From Patescibacteria group bacterium (GTDB lineage Bacteria; Patescibacteriota; Saccharimonadia; Saccharimonadales; OMJO01): a stretch of DNA of 37,917 nt. The translations under genes were made by a program, and so were the position numbers. Shown here in pieces: positions 9,704 through 16,976 of this stretch (the first letter of the stretch is position 1; the number at the start of each line of letters is the position of its first letter). A model generated the notes under the pieces. The model worked only from the letters and a program-made list of their open reading frames with translations, had not been told where the DNA came from and ran no database searches. The stretch spans positions 2,036-39,952 of the forward strand of contig JBBTTS010000014.1 of assembly GCA_038064135.1 (NCBI GenBank). The letters run 5' to 3'.

Positions 9704-10343
9704 AATGCCAAAAATTACCAACGGAACTAAAAAACCAACCCTGCCCAAAATCTTGAGTATTAAATGGTTTAGTGTGTTACTAATTATCGTAGGAATTGTA
9801 GGTATTGTTGCCTCAGTGCAACTGACCATCGACAAAATCCATGTTTTAAAAGACCCAAGCTTTGATCCGGCTTGTAATATAAATCCAATATTTAGCTGTG
9901 GCTCGGTGATGAAAACCGCGCAAGCCGAAATCCGTGGCGTTCCTAATACACTTGTTGGATTAGCTACATTTCCAATTCTAATAACTATTGGTGCTGTAAT
10001 GTTGTTTGGTGCACGAATGAATCGCAGATTTTGGCAATTATTCCAGCTGGGAGTGCTGGGTGGACTAGGCATGGTAATTTATCTATTTTTTCAGGGTGTT
10101 TACCGCATAAACGCGCTATGTATTTACTGCGTAGCAACCTGGGTAGCAATTTTGCCTTTGGTTTGGTACACGACACTTTGGAATCTTTCAAACGGTCATA
10201 TTGTGTTAACAAAGAAATATCAAAAAGCGAAAGATTGGGTAATTACGCACCACGGAGATGTTATTTTGGTCGTGTACATAGGATTGGCAGTGGCAATCTT
10301 GGAACATTTTTGGTACTATTTTGGCCCACTACTCGGATTCTAA
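9690..10343 (+). CDS. vitamin K epoxide reductase (VKOR) family protein
   Basis: Loop Cys pair CNINPIFSC and TM-embedded CIYC redox motif in a 4-5 TM protein; overlaps the rmuC end by 14 nt. Confidence 0.8.
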   Translation: MMWSKMPKITNGTKKPTLPKILSIKWFSVLLIIVGIVGIVASVQLTIDKIHVLKDPSFDPACNINPIFSCGSVMKTAQAEIRGVPNTLVGLATFPILITIGAVMLFGARMNRRFWQLFQLGVLGGLGMVIYLFFQGVYRINALCIYCVATWVAILPLVWYTTLWNLSNGHIVLTKKYQKAKDWVITHHGDVILVVYIGLAVAILEHFWYYFGPLLGF

Positions 10344-10347
10344 ATAC

Positions 10348-10836
10348 TCAGGGTTTGTCCATCTCCCACGGAAAGTTAATCCAAATATCTTCAGCATACT
10401 CCCCCACAAAATCGACATATTCAGTTGATTCTTCAGGGCTCATTTTTGAGTAAACAACAGCAATGTTTGCGTCTGGGTATGTATATCGAAGATATCTAGC
10501 TGTACCACCAGTGTCAAGCACATCATCTACAAACAACGCGCCTGCTCCGGTAGGGCTATTAAGTTTTGGTCTTTTAGTTACATTCATTTCAGTTGATGAC
10601 TCTGTTCCATCGCTATTTTTAACGTAACTCTTTAAGTCTATAGTTTCTGTCCTACTCCAATGTACCATCCTGGATATGAATCCCATTGGATTGAGTCCAC
10701 CTCTCGTTACAGCCACTAAATCAACCACAACCAACCCCGAGCCCAATATTTCATAGCCGATTTCTTTGCTTATTCTTTGGATTTCATCGTGAGATGGACA
10801 ATATTTTCCGTCTACCATAAACTCTGGGTTCGTCAT
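10348..10836 (-). CDS. purine phosphoribosyltransferase (xanthine-guanine PRT-like)
   Basis: PRPP loop FVDDVLDTGGT, AVTRGGL, and a C-terminal DIWINFPWEMD resembling the Gpt motif DTWIEQPWDM. Confidence 0.8.
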   Translation of the reverse strand: MTNPEFMVDGKYCPSHDEIQRISKEIGYEILGSGLVVVDLVAVTRGGLNPMGFISRMVHWSRTETIDLKSYVKNSDGTESSTEMNVTKRPKLNSPTGAGALFVDDVLDTGGTARYLRYTYPDANIAVVYSKMSPEESTEYVDFVGEYAEDIWINFPWEMDKP

Positions 10837-10875
10837 ATGCCCACTATAGCTCGGACTTTTGTAAAAAGAAATTGC

Positions 10876-12186
10876 TTAAGATTTGATTAGGTCGATTGTT
10901 AGGGCGGCCGTCCAACTGAAATTTTTTGCTCCGGCGGGTTCACCAGTAAATGGATTGAAGTATTCGTTAAAACCAGCGTTATTTACTAGTTCTATAGTGT
11001 TTTCTTTTAGCGCCTCGGCATGATCATCAAAGCCGAATCGTTTAAGTCCATCGATGATCAGCCAGTTTGTGTTTATCCAGGTTGGACCTTGCCAGTAACC
11101 AGTCGGCCTAAACCACGTAGAATTAACGGGTACAGTAGGAATTGGGTAATTAGTACCAAATTGATGCCTGTTTTCCAATAAGCGCACCAAACTTTTGGCG
11201 CGCTGTTTATCTACCACACCCGCGTAAAGTGGTAATAATGTTGAAATTGTCGGCTCTTTAATTAGTTTGTGGGTAATAAAATTTCTTGAATAGTACTGGT
11301 TTGCGTATGGATCCCAAAGCTGCTCTAAGGCATCTTCAGATTTTTTAATTTTTTCTTTGAAATCATCAGGCAAATCGCGCTGAAGTGTTTTAGCTATTTC
11401 AGACAGTAGCTGATTAGCTCTAATAAATATGCAGTTGAAGGCCAAATCTTCGATTGCAAATAAAGAGTGGTTTAAGATTTTATCAATATCGTAGTTTTTT
11501 CGGCGTAATCGCCGCTGGGTGCTGAAAAAAATTAATGCATCGGTGGTGTCAAGGCGTTGTTCGGCCGGAATTCTATGCGTGTCTCGGCGAAAAAGCGTAA
11601 TTATTGGGATAAGGCCTAATGCTCTGATGGTTCTGATCCAAAGTGGCATTTGGTGTTGATGCATTTCACTCATCCAGGACGGTGTATTATCGAGACCAGT
11701 TTCCCAGGGGTGAATTTGTAAAACCAAACCTTCGCCATGTGGATCACGCTCGCGAAATAGCCACTGGTGGTACGCCAAAAGTTTAGGATACATTACACCG
11801 TACCAGCTACGTTTTTCGCTTGCGGGTAGTTTTTGGCCAACTCTCACTACGGCTTCGGCCAACATTGGTGGCTGGGTGATACCACTGGTGTTAAATTTAT
11901 CAGGTGAATTTGGGTTTAACCAGCTTCGCCAAATACTCCAGCGATCACGTCGGCCACCGCTTAATATCATGTTTGGCAACATCCCATTGGCCCATTGTCC
12001 ACGGAATAAACTAGTAAGTTCTTGTTTGGCTCTGTCTACATCGTAATGTCGTTGACCAATTGCTACAAAACAACTGTCCCATAGCCACTGATGTGGGTAA
12101 AGTCCCTCAGCTGGCTTGGTAAATTCACCCTGATCGTTCGCCAATAGAACAGCTTTTGCGTCCTCGAAAAGCTGGGCCTCATCCAT
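10876..12186 (-). CDS. (alpha/alpha)6-barrel glycoside hydrolase, GH63/MGH1-like
   Basis: YPHQWLWDSCF, HPWETGLDNTP and GYWQGPTWINTNW segments are characteristic of GH63-like glucosyl/mannosylglycerate hydrolase-type enzymes (recalled from memory). Confidence 0.7.
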   Translation of the reverse strand: MDEAQLFEDAKAVLLANDQGEFTKPAEGLYPHQWLWDSCFVAIGQRHYDVDRAKQELTSLFRGQWANGMLPNMILSGGRRDRWSIWRSWLNPNSPDKFNTSGITQPPMLAEAVVRVGQKLPASEKRSWYGVMYPKLLAYHQWLFRERDPHGEGLVLQIHPWETGLDNTPSWMSEMHQHQMPLWIRTIRALGLIPIITLFRRDTHRIPAEQRLDTTDALIFFSTQRRLRRKNYDIDKILNHSLFAIEDLAFNCIFIRANQLLSEIAKTLQRDLPDDFKEKIKKSEDALEQLWDPYANQYYSRNFITHKLIKEPTISTLLPLYAGVVDKQRAKSLVRLLENRHQFGTNYPIPTVPVNSTWFRPTGYWQGPTWINTNWLIIDGLKRFGFDDHAEALKENTIELVNNAGFNEYFNPFTGEPAGAKNFSWTAALTIDLIKS

Positions 12187-12201
12187 GGCTTTAGTATACC
12201 A

Positions 12202-12723
12202 CTAGCTTTTTAATAGGGATGGGAAGTTTTTTCGGAACTTTGCTAGCTTTGGGTTAATGATAATTTGGCAATAGCCTTGCTCGGGGTTTTTGTTGAAATA
12301 ATCTTGATGATAATCTTCGGCAGGATAAAATTTTTCTAGCAGCTTTAGCTCGGTGATGACCTTGTTGTCCCAGTTAGCTTGGGCTCGGTAGAACGCAGCA
12401 TCGACTTCGGTTTTTTGATCGGGTCGGTATAAAACAATCGAGCGATATTCTGGACCCACATCGTTTCCCTGACGATTGGGTGTGGTCGGGTCGTGCGTGG
12501 CCCAAAAAACGTCTAGAATGGTCGTTAAGCTCATTATTCCAGAGTCAAAAGTTACTTCAACAACTTCAGCGTGTCCAGTAGGTTGCTCATGAATACTTTC
12601 GTATGTTGGGTTTGCTTCGCTGCCGCCAGCGTATCCACTTACAACTTTATCGACACCTTTCATCTGCTGGTACAAAGCATCCAAGCACCAAAAACATCCA
12701 CCACCTAAAACTATGCTTTGCAT
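12202..12723 (-). CDS. msrA: peptide-methionine (S)-S-oxide reductase
   Basis: Catalytic GGGCFWC near the N-terminus, EYHQDY-like YHQDYF near the C-terminus. Confidence 0.95.
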   Translation of the reverse strand: MQSIVLGGGCFWCLDALYQQMKGVDKVVSGYAGGSEANPTYESIHEQPTGHAEVVEVTFDSGIMSLTTILDVFWATHDPTTPNRQGNDVGPEYRSIVLYRPDQKTEVDAAFYRAQANWDNKVITELKLLEKFYPAEDYHQDYFNKNPEQGYCQIIINPKLAKFRKNFPSLLKS

Positions 12724-12774
12724 ATCTCAATTATAAAGTATAAAGATTTAAAATTATGTATATATACTCTAGAT

Positions 12775-13272
12775 TTAACGGAAATTAGTGAAGCTGAGGG
12801 GGAAGTCGAAGTCTTGGTTTTTAAGTAGTTGCATGACGGCCTGAAGGTCATCCTTGCTGCCACTCGTCACTCGCACTTCTTCGCCCTGAATTTGGGTTTT
12901 TACTTTTGGGAACTTTTCGCGGATGAGGGAAGTTATTTTCTTGGCTTTTTCTTGGCTGAGACCTTTCAAAAACGGCACTTCCTTGGTTGTTCTCAGGTTA
13001 CTTTCCACAATTTCTTTAGAAATATCGAGTGTTTTTTGGCTTTGGCCCCGGGTAGCAAGTTTTTTACGAAAAATATCCAGAATTGCGTCTATCTGCCAGT
13101 CACCATTGCCAGTCACCTTGATACCGGTTTTATCTGCGTCAAGCCACTCTAGTGCAGCAGGTGTGCCTTTAAAATCATAGCGGTTGTCTATTTCACGGCA
13201 AGATTGGTCGAAAACGTTGTTCATTTCGGCCACGTTGTAATCGCTTACAACATCAAAACTAAAATTTACCAT
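12775..13272 (-). CDS. yajQ: YajQ-family nucleotide-binding protein (UPF0234)
   Basis: MVNFSFDVVSDYNVAEMNNVFDQSCREIDNRYDFKG is the canonical YajQ N-terminus. The start is placed at the internal ATG (13272) rather than the track's 13326. Confidence 0.88.
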   Translation of the reverse strand: MVNFSFDVVSDYNVAEMNNVFDQSCREIDNRYDFKGTPAALEWLDADKTGIKVTGNGDWQIDAILDIFRKKLATRGQSQKTLDISKEIVESNLRTTKEVPFLKGLSQEKAKKITSLIREKFPKVKTQIQGEEVRVTSGSKDDLQAVMQLLKNQDFDFPLSFTNFR

Positions 13273-13311
13273 GTACATAGAATACAGGTTTATGTAAGAG
13301 TGGTCAAAAAA

Positions 13312-13320
13312 TGGTATAGT
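13312..13320 (+). promoter_or_regulatory. extended -10 box TGGTATAGT, 10 nt upstream of the ATG at 13331
   Basis: TGnTATAGT read directly in the 58-bp divergent region between yajQ and the 292-aa ORF; no SD. Confidence 0.4.
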
Positions 13321-13330
13321 ATACACTCAC

Positions 13331-14209
13331 ATGGCTCAAAATGGTAATTTGTTATTAGATATTGAACGTGCGGTTTTTGAAAAAACGCGTGAGTATGAAG
13401 ATCCTAATAATATCGAAGAATTACGAACATACCACGTATTTAAACATGGTCCCCAAGTTGCACAAGAAGCTAAAGCATCTGACGAGGTTGTTTGCATAAG
13501 ACCGGCGACTGAACGCCACGCAATGATTGCTATCGCATTAGCACACGACATAATTCCACCTTCGTTTGCAATAGATATTGATACAAATCGTCCTTGGCCA
13601 TTTACTTATAAGCGAATTCAAATTTTTGATGGATTGTCGGAATTAGCAAGTTTTGATTGGTTCAAAAACCTTTTCGGTGATAGATTTGATGAAGATACCT
13701 TTAATTTTATACACGATGGATTTGTTGCGACCACAACATCAATCAGCAAATCTGGTGAAATTCAACAGTCTAAAATAATGACCGCCAAAAACCCAAAGGC
13801 GGCATTTATTATTGCTAAAGCAGATATTTTAGGACATCAATTTACAGCACTCCCGCGGGAACAAATAGACTGTAATTTGCGTTTTTGGCTAGAGCAATAT
13901 CCTGATTTTGTAGCAAAACTTTATGATCCAAATTTTGTTTTAAATAGCGAGGTTTATCAGTTTGTCCGTGAGCAAATTTCAAAAATACCCGAAAACGCAA
14001 TTAAATTTTATAAGCAACAATTAGATTTATTTATAAAAGATGGCAAAGAGGTTTTTTGCTTGGCAGACTTAAAAGCCTTAGAAGCTCGATTATTTTTAGC
14101 AAACACGACACCATTTAAAACCTTTGATCACCCAGATTGGCCTTGGGTTAAGGATAAAGATTCATTAATCCGTCGATTAAGATCAGCCATTGGAATCAAA
14201 TTAAACTAA
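13331..14209 (+). CDS. hypothetical protein (possible degenerate HD-like fold)
   Basis: 292-aa ORF with normal composition. The only hint is H...ALAHD (ERHAMIAIALAHDI); no firm family call. Confidence 0.55.
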   Translation: MAQNGNLLLDIERAVFEKTREYEDPNNIEELRTYHVFKHGPQVAQEAKASDEVVCIRPATERHAMIAIALAHDIIPPSFAIDIDTNRPWPFTYKRIQIFDGLSELASFDWFKNLFGDRFDEDTFNFIHDGFVATTTSISKSGEIQQSKIMTAKNPKAAFIIAKADILGHQFTALPREQIDCNLRFWLEQYPDFVAKLYDPNFVLNSEVYQFVREQISKIPENAIKFYKQQLDLFIKDGKEVFCLADLKALEARLFLANTTPFKTFDHPDWPWVKDKDSLIRRLRSAIGIKLN

Positions 14210-14272
14210 AAAACTTCAAGTTTTATTTTTAAATTTGATTCAATTTAGAGACTCGGGACTATAATTCATATT

Positions 14273-14281
14273 TGATATAAT
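14273..14281 (+). promoter_or_regulatory. extended -10 box TGATATAAT, 10 nt upstream of the pheS ATG
   Basis: TGnTATAAT read directly; a second TATAAT lies ~15 nt further upstream; no SD before the ATG at 14292. Confidence 0.45.
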
Positions 14282-14291
14282 TGACTTCGAC

Positions 14292-15317
14292 ATGTCTTAT
14301 CAAAATGCCAAAATTGCTGAAGTTGGCCAGCAACTCATGGGGCGCATAACAACCGAAGGAAAGGCTGTACTGCGAAGTCCAGTATTTAGAGCGTTGTTTG
14401 GAGAGTTAAAAACGCTACCCCCAGAGCAGAGGGGCAGTTTTGGTAAAGAGCTCAATCAGCTAAAAAATGAGTTAGAAGTAGCCGTTAAATCAGCGACAAA
14501 TCCTGAGCAAGCCCTTCCACCTATCGATGTAACGGCACCATTTGATATTAATGTGTCTGCCGATAGACGCCCAAGCCTTTTGCCAACGCAGCAAGGCAGC
14601 CGCCATCCACTATTGACCGAACTGGACACCATACTCGACATTTATAATCGCATGGGTTTTACAGCGATAGAGTCGAGGCAGTTAGACGACGACTATCATA
14701 TGTTTGCCAGCCTTAACTTTCCCGAGGGACACCCTGCGCGCGACGATTTTGACACTTTTATGACCGAAGAAGGTTTAATTGCGCCGGCTCACACTAGCAC
14801 CATGCAAAACCGCGTGTTAGTACAACACAGAGCCAACCTAGAGCAAGGCGAACCAATCGCCGTTGTTATTCCAGGTCGTGTTTTCCGTAACGAAGATATC
14901 GACGTTACGCATGAGCATACATTTTATCAGCTGGAGGGCGTATACGTCGGTAAAGGCATAAATGTTGGAAACCTCATCGCAACTCTAAAAGCCTTTATGA
15001 GCGAGTATTTTGGCCAAGAGTTGAACGCTAAACTGCAGCCGTTTTATTTTCCGTTTACCGAGCCTAGTTTTGAGTTTGCCATAGAACGGCCAGAGATTTT
15101 GCGTCGCGGCAATACCGAGGCGGATATGTGGTTAGAGCTTTTAGGTTGCGGCATGATCCACCCCAATGTGTTGAAAGAGGCTGACATCGACCCTAACATT
15201 TATACTGGATTTGCTTGGGGCGGTGGCATAGAGCGCTTAGTGATGATGAAAAACCAAATAGAAGACATCCGCCATTTCGAAAGCGGTAAACTAGACTTCC
15301 TGAGGCAATTCAAATGA
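14292..15317 (+). CDS. pheS: phenylalanine--tRNA ligase alpha subunit
   Basis: Class II aaRS motifs: HPARD, FRNEDIDVTHEHTFYQLEG, GFAWGGGIERL. Confidence 0.97.
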   Translation: MSYQNAKIAEVGQQLMGRITTEGKAVLRSPVFRALFGELKTLPPEQRGSFGKELNQLKNELEVAVKSATNPEQALPPIDVTAPFDINVSADRRPSLLPTQQGSRHPLLTELDTILDIYNRMGFTAIESRQLDDDYHMFASLNFPEGHPARDDFDTFMTEEGLIAPAHTSTMQNRVLVQHRANLEQGEPIAVVIPGRVFRNEDIDVTHEHTFYQLEGVYVGKGINVGNLIATLKAFMSEYFGQELNAKLQPFYFPFTEPSFEFAIERPEILRRGNTEADMWLELLGCGMIHPNVLKEADIDPNIYTGFAWGGGIERLVMMKNQIEDIRHFESGKLDFLRQFK

Positions 15318-15319
15318 AA
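15301..15319 (+). repeat. junction repeat copy 1: TGAGGCAATTCAAATGAAA
   Basis: pheS 3' end (..LRQFK*) overlapping the next ATG as ATGA. Confidence 0.9.
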
Positions 15320-15652
15320 ATTGTTGAGAAAATATCGGTAGCGGAGCTCGAAGAAATGGCTCAAAAAATGGATGGAAACTTGGTAAAAGCCGATGTGGAC
15401 GTAGTTAAAAAAATAGTGATTATCGATATGCCTATGCACTTTGAGGGTGAGCAAGAGTTATTAAAAGATGGTTCTAAGCAGAAGGATCTTTGGGGAATCA
15501 ACTTGTTGCCAGCGAAGTATGGTACGGATGATTTTATTGTTTATAACTCGATGATAAACATTAAGCCTCTTGTAAATCCAAGTATGAGTGTTTTATCAGA
15601 AGATATTCGCCAACAGATAAAATCGATCATCAAAGAGGTTGTCCATGAGTAA
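15314..15652 (+). CDS. small hypothetical protein (resembles CPR-enriched DUF5674-type proteins, from memory)
   Basis: ATGA overlap with the pheS stop; 112 aa; GSKQKDLWGINLLP...YNSMINIKP segment. Confidence 0.6.
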   Translation: MKIVEKISVAELEEMAQKMDGNLVKADVDVVKKIVIIDMPMHFEGEQELLKDGSKQKDLWGINLLPAKYGTDDFIVYNSMINIKPLVNPSMSVLSEDIRQQIKSIIKEVVHE

Positions 15653-15959
15653 CTACCACACAAATTCATTGAAGAATGCTGACGTATTTACAGTTATGGG
15701 CTCTGTGTACGCCGAGGTGGCTCGATACGATTCTGCAATAGGAGCCGATCAAGCCGATCAAGCCGATCAAGCGATTTTAAGAGCAATGGAACTGATTGAT
15801 TTTTCTCAAAACTTAAATACATTAAACGCTGCCCAAAAGATGGAAATTGATAGGTTTGGATCGCTATTGAAAGACCGAGCTAAGTTGCGAGAGAATAGTA
15901 ACTTTGATGACTATCTAATGCCATTTGCGTTGGCGGCGAGAATGAGGCAATTCAAATGA
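15645..15959 (+). CDS. small hypothetical protein with ADQADQADQ repeat
   Basis: ATG at 15645 with AAAGAGG 6 nt upstream (the track starts at the TTG at 15639); overlaps the previous stop; ends ..MRQFK* inside junction repeat copy 2. Confidence 0.5.
   Translation: MSNYHTNSLKNADVFTVMGSVYAEVARYDSAIGADQADQADQAILRAMELIDFSQNLNTLNAAQKMEIDRFGSLLKDRAKLRENSNFDDYLMPFALAARMRQFK
15744..15770 (+). repeat. perfect 9-bp x3 tandem repeat GCCGATCAA
   Basis: Read directly; in-frame, encodes ADQADQADQ. Confidence 0.9.
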
Positions 15960-15961
15960 AA
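15943..15961 (+). repeat. junction repeat copy 2: TGAGGCAATTCAAATGAAA
   Basis: Identical 19-mer; identity extends to 20 nt (ATGAGG...) with copy 3. Confidence 0.9.
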
Positions 15962-16300
15962 GTTGTAAAAAGAAGTACCAATGATATCCAAAAAGAGGAG
16001 GCTCATGGTGGGAGCGGTGCCAGAAAAGTGTACGCGTCACCCGATCATCTAAAGAGCGCGCATTTTGAAATGATGACTCACGGATATTTACCAGCAGGTA
16101 AAACTTTTGATTGGCATGAGCACGTGGATACGGAGGAAATCATGGTTGTATTAAAAGGTATTGGTGAAGTTCACGATAAAGATGGTCAATATTCTTACGA
16201 GGCTGGTGACGTTTTTGTTTTTCCGACTAACACGCAGCACAAGATTCACAACCCCAGCAGCGAACAGCACGAAATGATATTTGTCAGGGTAAAAGTATGA
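15956..16300 (+). CDS. cupin-domain protein
   Basis: Cupin motifs WHEHVDTEE(x)VVLKG and GDVFVFPTNTQHKIHN. Confidence 0.8.
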   Translation: MKVVKRSTNDIQKEEAHGGSGARKVYASPDHLKSAHFEMMTHGYLPAGKTFDWHEHVDTEEIMVVLKGIGEVHDKDGQYSYEAGDVFVFPTNTQHKIHNPSSEQHEMIFVRVKV

Positions 16301-16316
16301 GGCAATTCAAATGAAA
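16298..16316 (+). repeat. junction repeat copy 3: TGAGGCAATTCAAATGAAA
   Basis: Identical 19-mer. Here its TGA is the cupin stop, and GAGG sits 8 nt before the ATG at 16311. Confidence 0.9.
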
Positions 16317-16976
16317 ACCGCAATTATTACTGGAGCAAGTGATGGAATCGGGGCTGCAATAGCCGAAAGATTGAGCTCAGACCATCAACTAATTCTTTGT
16401 GGACGTGATGAAGAAAAGTTAAAAGTGGTTAGTGAAAAGTGTGGTAACGCAAAATATTTTGCTTTTGATGTGAACAATGCAAAGCAACGAAATGATTTTT
16501 TTGATCAAGTTTCAAAAGTTGATACGTTAATAAACAATGCAGGTGTGTGGCACAAAGTTGGTGATCTAGAAACACTGAGTGATGAGAAAATTTTAGAGGT
16601 ACTCAATACTAATTTAGTCGCTCAGATACTTATTACCAGAGGGCTTTTACTAAAACTCAAAGAGTCTGTCGAAGGGGCAATTATAAATATAATTTCAAAG
16701 TCCGGTATTGTCGCACAAGCTGGCCAGTCCGTTTATACCGCTAGCAAATACGGGATGCGTGGTTTTACGGACGTCCTAAGGCAAGATTTAAAAGAATCCA
16801 GTATCCGTGTGGGAGCAGTATTTCAATCCGGCACAAACACTCAAATGTTTGCTAAAGCGGGCGATGAGTTTGCGGTAGAAACCTTTACGGAACCGAAGGA
16901 TCTTGCGGAGGTAGTAGCATTTATGCTAAGCCGTCCTGAAAAGTTATGGATAAATGAAGTCATGGTAGAGAAATGA
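16311..16976 (+). CDS. short-chain dehydrogenase/reductase (SDR)
   Basis: TGASDGIG cofactor motif, NNAG, catalytic YTASK. Confidence 0.9.
   Translation: MKTAIITGASDGIGAAIAERLSSDHQLILCGRDEEKLKVVSEKCGNAKYFAFDVNNAKQRNDFFDQVSKVDTLINNAGVWHKVGDLETLSDEKILEVLNTNLVAQILITRGLLLKLKESVEGAIINIISKSGIVAQAGQSVYTASKYGMRGFTDVLRQDLKESSIRVGAVFQSGTNTQMFAKAGDEFAVETFTEPKDLAEVVAFMLSRPEKLWINEVMVEK

Noticed and set aside
13273-13326. N-terminal 18-codon extension of yajQ in the track; likewise 25067-25114 for the glutaredoxin, 7459-7494 for ZIP and 15639-15644 for the 104-aa ORF.
   Set aside because: Internal ATGs coincide with the conserved family N-termini and/or a proper SD. The upstream starts run into promoters or terminators.
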